Origin: an uncultured Erysipelotrichia bacterium
GTDB lineage: Bacteria > Bacillota_I > Bacilli_A > CAYWJS01
Direction: 5' to 3'
NCBI GenBank assembly: GCA_964458855.1
Contig: CAYWJS010000003.1
Coordinates: forward strand, 1,957-65,956
Length of the DNA: 64,000 nt
Below the pieces are notes generated by a model. It saw nothing but the letters and a program-made list of their open reading frames with translations, had not been told where the DNA came from and did not search any database. The translations under genes and the position numbers were made by a program. This document shows, one piece after another, positions 9,857 through 18,917 of this stretch. Each line of letters begins with the position of its first letter. Positions within the stretch are counted from its first letter, which is position 1.

Positions 9857-10804
9857 TACAAGCTTTGCCCCATTATCACACTTGTTTCCCCACGAATCAA
9901 TTAGTTCGTGATCTTTATAAACACATATTATCTCACAATTATTAGCACATACCTTGCACTCAACTCCCCGCGTTATAAAATCTATCTCAGCAAGTGAAAA
10001 ATTAAATGGTTTAGGACTCGTTGTATCTTTTGCCATAATAGCAACTCCTAAGGCCCCCATTAAATGTCCATTTTTATCAACATAGATTTTTTCACCAAGA
10101 ATTTTTTCAAAAGCTTGAACAACTCCAATATTTTTGCTTACACCACCTTGAAAAACAATTGGTGGTTTTATATTTTTGCCTTTACCAACATTATTTAAAT
10201 AATTTGCTACAACCGCCTCACAAAGTCCTGCAATAATATCTTCTTTTGAGTGTCCTATTTGGGCTTTGTGGACTAAATCACTTTCTGCAAAAACTGTACA
10301 ACGAGCAGCAATTTTGGTTGGTGTTTTTGATTTTTGAGCCCAAAGGCCAAATTCTTCAACTGGAATACCAAGCCTTCTTGCTTGCGAACTTAAAAAAGAA
10401 CCTGTTCCTGCGGCACACAATGTATTCATAGCATAATCAATAACTATTCCGTTTTCAATTAAAATAATTTTTGAATCTTGCCCACCAATTTCAAAAATTG
10501 TTTTTACATCAGGAAAAATACTTAAGGTTCCAATTGCATGTGCTGTAATTTCATTTTTTACAAGTCCTGCATCAAGAATTGTGCCAATTAGTTTTCGAGC
10601 AGAACCAGTTGTTCCAACATAACTTATCTTAATATTTTTATCACTTACTTGCTTATAAAGTAATTTTATTAAATTTTTGACTGCTTGAATTGGATTTCCT
10701 TCAGTCCAAATATATTCACTAGCAATTATGTTGTTATTTTTATCAACAATTACTCCTTTTGTTGAAATTGAACCAACATCAACTCCCAGTGCATATTCAG
10801 TCAT
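9842..10804 (-). CDS. BadF/BadG/BcrA/BcrD-type ATPase, CoA-substrate-specific enzyme activase (HgdC-like)
   Basis: 320 aa; N-terminal LGVDVGSISTKGVIV actin-fold ATPase motif, GGQDSK, C-terminal Cys cluster. Confidence 0.75.
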   Translation of the reverse strand: MTEYALGVDVGSISTKGVIVDKNNNIIASEYIWTEGNPIQAVKNLIKLLYKQVSDKNIKISYVGTTGSARKLIGTILDAGLVKNEITAHAIGTLSIFPDVKTIFEIGGQDSKIILIENGIVIDYAMNTLCAAGTGSFLSSQARRLGIPVEEFGLWAQKSKTPTKIAARCTVFAESDLVHKAQIGHSKEDIIAGLCEAVVANYLNNVGKGKNIKPPIVFQGGVSKNIGVVQAFEKILGEKIYVDKNGHLMGALGVAIMAKDTTSPKPFNFSLAEIDFITRGVECKVCANNCEIICVYKDHELIDSWGNKCDNGAKLVKVSK

Positions 10805-11873
10805 ATCGCTTTTCCTTTCTCATAAGAAGCATATCATAAAAGGCTTCTAATCTTGTTTTTACACCTGTCTCTGAAGTATGAGCATCAAAACTAAAATATA
10901 AAATGGGAATCTTATAATCATTACTTAAATTTTGCAGTATCGGTATTGCATTAACCTCAGGAGTGCATCCAAATGGTTTGATATGAATTATGCCATCAAA
11001 CTCAAGTTCAGCTAAGATTTTAGTACGAGCAACACTATCAGTTCCATCTGCACCAATTGGATATTTTAAATATTTTCCCGCATTTTTTAATAACTTTTTT
11101 TCTAACTTCGCTTTTTCAAATAAAAGATATGTTATATTCATAAATCTTGTTACCTGAATTCCTTTTTGAGCAAGTTCTTTTTCAATAAAATAATTACTAA
11201 AAGGCTCCATTAATACATATAACTCTCCTAATACTCCAATCCTAATTGGATTTTTAGGTTTATCTGTTTCTATGCTTTTAAAAAGTTTTAAATAGTTTCT
11301 TTTTAACTTTAAAAGATCTATAAATCCTTTAGTGTGTTTTAAATCTTCTAAAAATTTTTTACGCAGTCTTTCAAAACTTCCCTTTTCTTTTTCAAATCAC
11401 ACATTTTCTCGAATATAAAACTCTATTTCATCAAGAATGTAAGCCATTTTAATAGCAAGTAAAACATAATATAAAAACTTAAAAAATGAAAGTTTATTGT
11501 TCAATTTTCTAAAACTTTTAAAAAGAGTAATTGGTGTTACTTTTCCACTGCTACAAATATCAATAAATTCAAAATTATAACCTAAATCTTTTAAAATTTG
11601 CTCTTGAATTTCTCCATAATAACCAAACCTGCAACCACCACCTGCTTGTAAAATAATATCAGCCCCTAACTCCAGTGCTTCTATATAATTTCCTAAGTTA
11701 TATTTAAAAGGAATACAAACAAATTCTGGACTATATTTTGCTCCAAGTTCCAAAGTTTTTTTTGTAATTGGTGGCGGTACTAATACTTCAAAATCAAGGG
11801 TTTTGCGTGCTAAATACTCAAACACAACATGATAACTTCCCATATGCGGAAAAGTAACTTTTTTCTTTTTCAT
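10797..11873 (-). pseudogene. 2-hydroxyacyl-CoA dehydratase-like / DUF2229-type gene interrupted by a single in-frame TGA (minus-strand codon at 11397-11399); ORF-track fragments 11397..11873 and 10797..11210 are one frame
   Basis: Hand translation shows 62 sense codons with no candidate start between the TGA and the downstream Met, including a conserved-looking IRIGVLGELYVL strand. Confidence 0.4.
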
Positions 11874-12799
11874 ACTTTCTCCTCCAAAGTTTTTTTGTTT
11901 TTAATAATATCAATAAAACTTTCAAGACGAGTATGAAGTCCCGCTTCTCCTTGCAACTCATCTAAAACAATTACTGTAAGAGGTATATTTTTGATTTTCC
12001 GAAGACAAATTTCATTAACTAAAGAATCTGGTCCACAAGGAAATGTTGAAACTAAAATAATTCCATCAATTTTATCTTGATATTTACAAATTGCACTAAT
12101 AAGTTCCTTGTTATAAGTCCAATATAATGATCTTGTTACATCTTTTATAAGACTTTCACATTCAATATCTCCAATAAGGTCAGCATAAATTAAAGTTACA
12201 CCAAGACTTTCTAAGTATTTAATAATTGGTTTTCCTAGTAACTCATCGTAAGTATTATAAGGATGACTTACAATCATTATTTTTAAATTATCTGTTTCTT
12301 CTATTAATTTTTCTTGTTCTAACATAAACTCTTCTTTCTTTTTCTTTTCATATTTTTTTGCCAAAAAGTATGCTTTTGTTGTTTTTAAAACTCCACATCT
12401 TAAAAAAAGGCCCATTTTTAAAAATGCCTTAAATTCATTTTCACCCTTTTCATAATCAATGTTATAATCAAGAATTTTTATATTAGGGAACGTATTTCTT
12501 ACAATATCATACATGGCATTAAATTTAACACAGACAACTTCTCTCTTTCCAAAGCTTACGATTCTTGGAACTAGTATGTAATCAACTTTTTCTTTAAGCC
12601 AAAAAACATGTCCCATATAAACTTTGGCAGAAAGACAACTTTCATCAATTGAAAAATTAATTCCGTCCTTTAAAATTTCTTTATTTGTTTTAGGACTCAA
12701 GATAACTTTGCAACCAAGTTCTTTAAAAAAACGTTCCCATAAATATTGATATTTATAAAATAAAAAAGCACGAGGAATTCCTATCTTTATTTTTTCCAT
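11870..12799 (-). CDS. DUF2229-like protein associated with CoA-enzyme activases (dehydratase-like component)
   Basis: 309 aa; N-terminal IGIPRAFLFYKY...FFKELG pattern typical of activase-associated domain; Cys-rich; operonic with activase. Confidence 0.6.
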   Translation of the reverse strand: MEKIKIGIPRAFLFYKYQYLWERFFKELGCKVILSPKTNKEILKDGINFSIDESCLSAKVYMGHVFWLKEKVDYILVPRIVSFGKREVVCVKFNAMYDIVRNTFPNIKILDYNIDYEKGENEFKAFLKMGLFLRCGVLKTTKAYFLAKKYEKKKKEEFMLEQEKLIEETDNLKIMIVSHPYNTYDELLGKPIIKYLESLGVTLIYADLIGDIECESLIKDVTRSLYWTYNKELISAICKYQDKIDGIILVSTFPCGPDSLVNEICLRKIKNIPLTVIVLDELQGEAGLHTRLESFIDIIKNKKTLEEKV

Positions 12800-12863
12800 A
12801 AAAAAACACCTCTAGTTTTTATATATTCAAGACTCGTTTAAACTTATAACTTATTGTAAAAAA

Positions 12864-12890
12864 AAGATGACATTAAAAATGTCATCTTTT
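12864..12890 (-). terminator. Rho-independent terminator after ldh
   Basis: aagatgacat/atgtcatctt stem followed by T-run on minus strand. Confidence 0.55.
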
Positions 12891-12893
12891 GTA

Positions 12894-13814
12894 TTAATTA
12901 ACATTTAATTTTTTTATTTCATTTTTAATAATCTTTATTGACTGCTTAAACTTTTTAAGTTCACTTTCCGAAAGTTTAATATCAATAATACTTTCTACAC
13001 CTTGAGAATTTATAACGGCTGGCATTCCAATAAATAAATCATACTTCTTGTTATAGGTAGATACTGTAAGAATTGAATTTTCATCATCTAAAATAGCATT
13101 AGTAATTCTTAAAAGTACCATCCCTATTGCATAATAAGTTGCACCCTTTTTCTTAATAATTTCATAAGCTGCATTTTTAACTTTATTAGATATCTCTTCC
13201 AGAGAAGAAATATCTAAAATTTCCGTCATTAGGCGAGTTCCCACATAAGCATTTGACCAAGAAACAAATTCACTATCACCATGCTCTCCCATTACATAAG
13301 CATGAACATTTTTAGGATTTATATTTAATTTATCTCCAATTAGGTAGCGAAGTCGAATAGTATCTAAAGCAGTTCCTGTACCAATTACTTGGGAAGGTTT
13401 AAGATTTGAATGCTTATATGTAAGATAGGTCATAATATCAACAGGATTTGTGGCAACTAAAAAAATACCGTTAAAACCTGATATCATAACTTTCTTAATA
13501 ATTTCCGCAAAAATTTTATCGTTTTTATATAAAAGATCAAGTCTTGTTTCTCCTTCTTTTTGTTTGGCACCCGCTGAAAGAACAATTATACTTGCATCTT
13601 TACAATCTTTATAATCTCCCACTTTTATTTTAATCTTACTTGGTGAGAACGCTAGGCAATGATTTAAGTCCATTACCTCACCTATTACTCGCTCTTTATC
13701 AATATCAATTAAAACAAGTTCTGTAACTTTTGTTCTTTGATTTAAAAGTGCATAAGCATAGCTCATCCCCACATTACCGCAACCAATAATTACAACTTTA
13801 TTTTGCTTAATCAT
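12894..13814 (-). CDS. ldh: L-lactate / L-2-hydroxyacid dehydrogenase (LDH/MDH family)
   Basis: 306 aa; GCGNVGMSYA Rossmann motif, GEHGDS catalytic loop. Confidence 0.85.
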   Translation of the reverse strand: MIKQNKVVIIGCGNVGMSYAYALLNQRTKVTELVLIDIDKERVIGEVMDLNHCLAFSPSKIKIKVGDYKDCKDASIIVLSAGAKQKEGETRLDLLYKNDKIFAEIIKKVMISGFNGIFLVATNPVDIMTYLTYKHSNLKPSQVIGTGTALDTIRLRYLIGDKLNINPKNVHAYVMGEHGDSEFVSWSNAYVGTRLMTEILDISSLEEISNKVKNAAYEIIKKKGATYYAIGMVLLRITNAILDDENSILTVSTYNKKYDLFIGMPAVINSQGVESIIDIKLSESELKKFKQSIKIIKNEIKKLNVN

Positions 13815-14250
13815 TAACTTTTTTACTCCTAATTAAGTAATTTATTCCCTCTCCTATTAGTCCTAAAATTATACCAATTGCAAGAACAAATAAATATGAA
13901 ATAATACTTGTTAAATCCGCCCAACCAGTATCATTATTTTTTATTAAAATTATAAAATAATAAGTAATACTAATTACATTTGTAAGCATAAATACAGGGG
14001 AAAAAATCTCCATTCCAAAATAACCAAATGAAGAAATTCCCGAAATAACAATTGAAAGTAGGAAAAAAGATAAAATATTTTGAAAAGATAACTTAGGGAT
14101 TAAAATTCTTTGCCCTATTATTAAAGCTAAAAAGTTAATGATAAAAACAAGTAAAAAAACATATAACCATTTTTTTGATTTTGGTTTTGGAAGCAAAATC
14201 ATCATAATTACCCTCCTTAAATTTATTATGTCAATATCTAAAAATATCAT
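13807..14250 (-). CDS. Small multi-pass membrane protein, hypothetical
   Basis: 147 aa, four hydrophobic helices; no family recognised. Confidence 0.4.
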   Translation of the reverse strand: MIFLDIDIINLRRVIMMILLPKPKSKKWLYVFLLVFIINFLALIIGQRILIPKLSFQNILSFFLLSIVISGISSFGYFGMEIFSPVFMLTNVISITYYFIILIKNNDTGWADLTSIISYLFVLAIGIILGLIGEGINYLIRSKKVND

Positions 14251-14309
14251 AACACAACATAATATTATTTTCTTTTTTTATGCATAAAAAAATAACTAAG
14301 ATAACTTAG

Positions 14310-15335
14310 TTATTTTTCGAAATACTCAACACCTATTGCTTTTCTTACATTATTTAATGTTTCTTGTGCTACTTTTCTTGCTTTTATGCTTCCTTCTAAA
14401 AGTATTTTATATACTTCATCGATATTTTGTTCATATACTTTTCTTCGTTCACGAATTGGTTTTAATTCTTCTTGAAGTACTTCATTTAAGTATTTCTTAA
14501 CTGTAACATCACCTAATCCACCTTTTTTATAATGCGCTTTTAATTCTTCAAGTTTTTTTCTATCTTTACAAAAGGCATCAAGGTAAATAAATACAGGGTT
14601 ATTTTTTACATCACCAGGATCTTCAATTCGAATATGATTTGGATCAGTAAACATACTCATTACCTTTTTTTCAATTACTTCTGGTTCATCAGCAAGAAAG
14701 ATTGCATTTCCAAGTGACTTGCTCATTTTTGCTTTTCCATCAATTCCAGGAAGACGACGAGCTGTTTTGTTTTCTGAAAGAATTGCCTCAGGCATTATTA
14801 GCGTTTCCCCATAAATTGAATTAAAGGCATGCACAATTTCTCTTGTCTGTTCAATTAAAGCAAGTTGATCTTCCCCAACTGGAACATATTTTGCACCAAA
14901 TGCTGTTATATCAGCTGCTTGACTTACTGGATAACAAAGAAAGCCAATAGGAACACTTTTTTCAAAACCTCGTTCCTTTATTTCCGTTTTTATTGTTGGA
15001 TTTCTTTGAAGACGCGAAACAGTCACTAAATTCATATAATATGTTGTAAGTTCAGTAAGTTCTGGAATTTGTGATTGAATACAAATTGTTGTCTTTTTTG
15101 GATCGATTCCTACTGCTAAGTAATCTAAAGCAACTTCTAAAACATTTTCTTTAATCTTTTCAGGATTTTTTGCATTATCAGTTAATGCTTGCATATCTGC
15201 AATAAGTATAAATTGTTCAAATTTTCCTGATTCTTGAAGTTCTAAACGTTTTTTTAAAGAACCAACATAATGTCCAAGATGAAGACGTCCTGTTGGTCTA
15301 TCTCCAGTTAAAACTACTTCTTTTTTCTTACTCAT
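14310..15335 (-). CDS. trpS: Tryptophan--tRNA ligase
   Basis: 341 aa; class I HIGH-type motif GRLHLGHY and KMSKS. Confidence 0.9.
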   Translation of the reverse strand: MSKKKEVVLTGDRPTGRLHLGHYVGSLKKRLELQESGKFEQFILIADMQALTDNAKNPEKIKENVLEVALDYLAVGIDPKKTTICIQSQIPELTELTTYYMNLVTVSRLQRNPTIKTEIKERGFEKSVPIGFLCYPVSQAADITAFGAKYVPVGEDQLALIEQTREIVHAFNSIYGETLIMPEAILSENKTARRLPGIDGKAKMSKSLGNAIFLADEPEVIEKKVMSMFTDPNHIRIEDPGDVKNNPVFIYLDAFCKDRKKLEELKAHYKKGGLGDVTVKKYLNEVLQEELKPIRERRKVYEQNIDEVYKILLEGSIKARKVAQETLNNVRKAIGVEYFEK

Positions 15336-15381
15336 TTATTTCACCTCTTTTATTTCGGCCTCACTTATATTTTAACATACT

Positions 15382-17187
15382 TTACACTCTTTGTTTTAAT
15401 TCAAAATATAAAAGCGAAACTGTTGGTGGAAGGGCAAAAAGAATTGGTAAAATATAGCGGAAATAAGTGTTCACAGGACCAGCAACACAAGCAAGAATTA
15501 TAGAAAGTGCTGGAAGTATTACCGTAATATATTTACTATTTTTATTTACAATTAAAATCACTAAAATTAATAAATAAATCCAAACAATAACACCAATATT
15601 AACAATTAAACCAACAATTGGAACATATGGAAATGCTTCACCTATTCCTATTAAAATATTACGTCCAAATTCTAAGGAATCAATGTAGTGATAATCAAAT
15701 CCATCCTTTACCATATTAGGATTCATTCTATAATAAATATACCATCTACTAGTATTTGGATAAAAATACCCATAAACATTACTTATTGTCGCATCAAAAT
15801 AAGCACTTGGATGTCTAAAAAACATTTTAAACCAAACTTTAAAATATTGTTTTAGTTCTTCCCTTGTTGTATATTTATTATATTTATTTTTAACTGGATC
15901 AGATAAATCCGGTTGGTAGTTCTCTGCTAAGGTGTCATATTCTAAAATGTGATCAATTATTTTTCTTTCTTCTTCTGTTACATCATCACCATGATATTTT
16001 ACGTATCGTGCAGTTTGCTGAAACGGAATTGATAAAGCTTCTCTTATACTTGTATTTGGGATTTTAAAGTAAGGTAATAAAACATTGTTATAAGCAATAT
16101 AAAACAAAACATTTACAAAGAAAACTATTATTAATGGTTTTCTTGATTTTGATAAGATAAAAAACAATGCTGGAAAACTTAAAACAATTGTATAAATTCC
16201 ATTATTTCTAAACAAAGTTACAAGTAAAATGATTAATCCTAAAATAATATAATCTTTTATTGTTTGTTCGTTTTTTAATAAATTATAAAGTTTAATTACA
16301 TAAAGTACTATTAAAGAACTAAAAATTACATCTTTTACTGCTGTCATTGCATAAAAAGGAAAAACTGGAATTAAGGCATAGATTAAAAGTGCACCAATAA
16401 CAAAATTATCATGTACTTTTGCTTTTTTAAGATAAACAATAGTATAAGCAAAAACACTTATAACAATTGATAATTGAATAATTGTATAAAGAAATAGCCC
16501 AAAATTTTGATTACCTAATGTATACCCAAATTTAAATAATCCTCCAAGTAAAAATGTATGAATTAAGGGATTAAAATTAGTAAGTGTTACAGATTCATCT
16601 AACAAGATAACACTATCCAAGTAAAATGTATGAAGTCCTAACATTTCTCTTATTTGGTAACCACCATCATAATTTAAAATTACTGGATAAAAACAAATTA
16701 TATATGGTAAATAACAAATAAAAATGAAAAGGAAACTAAATAAAAAGGGGTGCTTATCTAAATATTTTGTTATTTTGGGAAAATAGTTCTTAAAATCTCT
16801 TTTTGTTACTAAATATCCATATAATAAATTTATTCCTAAATTAAAAAAAACAAAATAGCTAACTAGTCTTGCTAAAGCAATAATAAAAAATAATATATTT
16901 CCAAATACTAAGGAACTATCCCCAACCACATCATAACTATGGAATAAAACCATAAAAATACTAAAAATAAATGCTAACAGTGATAAAAGAAATTGAGAAT
17001 TTACTTTAAATAAATATTTTTTATAAAGAAAAAATACGGAAACAGCTATTAAACAAGCAGTTAATACTCCCGTGTTATTGCGAACAAATTCATAACTTGG
17101 GTAAGCAAGTTCAACTGTTAAGCTAAATGCTGTAAGAATGCTTAAAATAAGTGCAATAAAAATTCTTTTGTTTTTCATATTAACCAC
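15382..17187 (-). CDS. Large polytopic membrane protein, putative GT-C-type glycosyltransferase (YfhO/Gtr-like)
   Basis: 601 aa, >10 predicted TM helices; operonic with GtrA-like and GT2 genes. Confidence 0.5.
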   Translation of the reverse strand: MVNMKNKRIFIALILSILTAFSLTVELAYPSYEFVRNNTGVLTACLIAVSVFFLYKKYLFKVNSQFLLSLLAFIFSIFMVLFHSYDVVGDSSLVFGNILFFIIALARLVSYFVFFNLGINLLYGYLVTKRDFKNYFPKITKYLDKHPFLFSFLFIFICYLPYIICFYPVILNYDGGYQIREMLGLHTFYLDSVILLDESVTLTNFNPLIHTFLLGGLFKFGYTLGNQNFGLFLYTIIQLSIVISVFAYTIVYLKKAKVHDNFVIGALLIYALIPVFPFYAMTAVKDVIFSSLIVLYVIKLYNLLKNEQTIKDYIILGLIILLVTLFRNNGIYTIVLSFPALFFILSKSRKPLIIVFFVNVLFYIAYNNVLLPYFKIPNTSIREALSIPFQQTARYVKYHGDDVTEEERKIIDHILEYDTLAENYQPDLSDPVKNKYNKYTTREELKQYFKVWFKMFFRHPSAYFDATISNVYGYFYPNTSRWYIYYRMNPNMVKDGFDYHYIDSLEFGRNILIGIGEAFPYVPIVGLIVNIGVIVWIYLLILVILIVNKNSKYITVILPALSIILACVAGPVNTYFRYILPILFALPPTVSLLYFELKQRV

Positions 17188-17191
17188 CCCA

Positions 17192-17620
17192 TCAATTCCC
17201 GTGTTTAATAAAAATAATATATTTTTGAATTAAATAATTTACAACAAAAATCACTATATCAACAACAACTTTTATAATTGTAGCATTTATTTTTATTAAA
17301 TTGTAGATGGAAGATACTAAAAAGCCTGACAAAAACATTTGAATAATTACTAACAAATAATATTGAAAAACTGTTTTTCTTTCAATTGGTTTTCCATATA
17401 CATTAAAAACAAGATTTTTATTTAATAAATAGTTTATAAATGATGATATAATTCTTGCTAAAATAGTTGCAGCAATAATTATATCTAAACTAGTAATATT
17501 TTTTAATAAGTTATAAAAGAAAGTAAAAAGTAAAATATCTACACAAAAAGATATTCCAGCAGAAATAATATATTTTAAAAATGTTTTATAGTTATTTATT
17601 ACTTTCTTTAATTTTTTCAT
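17192..17620 (-). CDS. GtrA-family small membrane protein (lipid-linked sugar translocation)
   Basis: 142 aa, four TM helices, typical GtrA size and context. Confidence 0.55.
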   Translation of the reverse strand: MKKLKKVINNYKTFLKYIISAGISFCVDILLFTFFYNLLKNITSLDIIIAATILARIISSFINYLLNKNLVFNVYGKPIERKTVFQYYLLVIIQMFLSGFLVSSIYNLIKINATIIKVVVDIVIFVVNYLIQKYIIFIKHGN

Positions 17621-17963
17621 TTTCTAAATCCCCAACTCTTTTTTTCAAAATACTTAATTCTTGAACTAAAGATACTATTTCCATCTTTTGATGTGAAACA
17701 ATACTTGTTAAAATAAAACAAATGAATAACAAAATAATAAATCCTAAAAGGAAAACAAAATTTGAAGCAACTTCAATACCTATTAAATTTGCAACTTTTT
17801 GTAGAAAATTAGGAATTAAAGCTGCAACAAGCATTACAATTGGAAAACCAAGCCATGGTAAAGCATATTTAATTAAAATTTTCCCTTTTAAAATTAAACG
17901 ATATACAAAAAACATAAATATTAAACAAAAAAATATTAAAAATATTGTTAATTTTACTGGCAT
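17592..17963 (-). CDS. Small membrane protein (DUF2304-like) associated with the GT2 gene
   Basis: 123 aa, three hydrophobic segments; immediately downstream of GT2. Confidence 0.45.
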   Translation of the reverse strand: MPVKLTIFLIFFCLIFMFFVYRLILKGKILIKYALPWLGFPIVMLVAALIPNFLQKVANLIGIEVASNFVFLLGFIILLFICFILTSIVSHQKMEIVSLVQELSILKKRVGDLENEKIKESNK

Positions 17964-17965
17964 TT

Positions 17966-18682
17966 TTACTTCCCTTTCCCTTCTGAAACTGTTTTTATAA
18001 TAATTGCAATACTTACTTTTATCATAAAATATAATGTTTTTAAACTTCGAATTGAACTTCTTCCAGTTTGTCGTTCTTTCATTTCTACTGGAATTTCTGA
18101 ATGTTTATAATTATTCTTTATAACTGTAACAATCGAAACAGGTTCTGCATAATCAATTAGGTAGTCATGTGCAAATAATTTAATAACCTTTTTGTTACAA
18201 GCACGAAAACCACTAGTTGGATCATAAATTCTTGTTTTTGTACACCAATAAATTAAATTAGATAAAAATCCAATTCCTATTCTCCTTGTTTTAGTTGATC
18301 TAAATTTGCTTAATTTTTGAACAAAGCGAGAACCAATAACAATATCATAACCTTTATTTATTTCTGAAATTAACTTTTCAATATAGCTTGCTTCATGTTG
18401 ACCATCACCATCAAATTGAATAGCAATATCATAATCATTATATAATGCATATTTATATCCAGTTTGTACTGCCCCACCAATTCCTACATTAAATGGTAAG
18501 TCAATAAAATTAATATTATTTTTAAGACAAACTTCTTTTGTATTATCCGTTGAACCATCATTGATAACAACATAATCCAACTCAACATTTTTTATTTGAA
18601 GTTTCTTTAGGTTATTAACAACTGATAAAATACTATCCTCTTCGTTATATGCGGGAATAATTATTAATACTTTCACTTTCAC
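17966..18682 (-). CDS. Family 2 glycosyltransferase, polyprenyl-phosphate sugar transferase (GtrB/CsbB-like catalytic domain)
   Basis: 238 aa; IIIPAYNEE, INDGSTDNT, DGDGQH motifs. Confidence 0.8.
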   Translation of the reverse strand: MKVKVLIIIPAYNEEDSILSVVNNLKKLQIKNVELDYVVINDGSTDNTKEVCLKNNINFIDLPFNVGIGGAVQTGYKYALYNDYDIAIQFDGDGQHEASYIEKLISEINKGYDIVIGSRFVQKLSKFRSTKTRRIGIGFLSNLIYWCTKTRIYDPTSGFRACNKKVIKLFAHDYLIDYAEPVSIVTVIKNNYKHSEIPVEMKERQTGRSSIRSLKTLYFMIKVSIAIIIKTVSEGKGK

Positions 18683-18788
18683 ACCACTTTTCTTTTTGAA
18701 TTTCTAGGAACATTACTTATTCAATTATACCATCCATTTTATTTTTTAAAAATAAAAACCGAACTATTATTAGTTCGATTTATTTTTT

Positions 18789-18864
18789 TGGTAACCCGTA
18801 TGGGATTCGAACCCACACATACTACCTTGAGAGGGTAGCGTGTTAACCATTTCACCAACGGGTC
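18789..18864 (-). tRNA. tRNA-Glu, anticodon read as CUC by hand folding
   Basis: 76-nt cloverleaf with acceptor GACCCGT/ACGGGTT, TPsiC loop TTCGAAT, 3' CCA encoded; anticodon loop CTCTCAA; close similarity to Firmicute tRNA-Glu. Confidence 0.75.
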
Positions 18865-18870
18865 ATAAAA

Positions 18871-18889
18871 AATGACTTTTTAAGTCATT
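18871..18889 (-). terminator. Hairpin between gltX and tRNA-Glu (terminator or processing site)
   Basis: aatgactt/aagtcatt stem flanked by A- and T-runs. Confidence 0.4.
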
Positions 18890-18917
18890 TTTTATTATAT
18901 CTTAAATTTATTTAATT

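Noticed and set aside
11330-11399. Selenocysteine recoding at the in-frame TGA of the dehydratase-like gene
   Set aside because: No stable SECIS-like hairpin in the ~60 nt downstream of the TGA on the mRNA strand, and the codon sits in a linker-like context (…IRENV*FEKEKGSF…) rather than a conserved catalytic Cys position. Pseudogene or sequencing error is more likely; kept as a finding for that reason.
15336-15381. T-box leader upstream of trpS (and of gltX at 20571-20655)
   Set aside because: The intergenic spaces (about 46 and 85 nt) are far too short for a T-box riboswitch, and no specifier or T-box sequence was seen.
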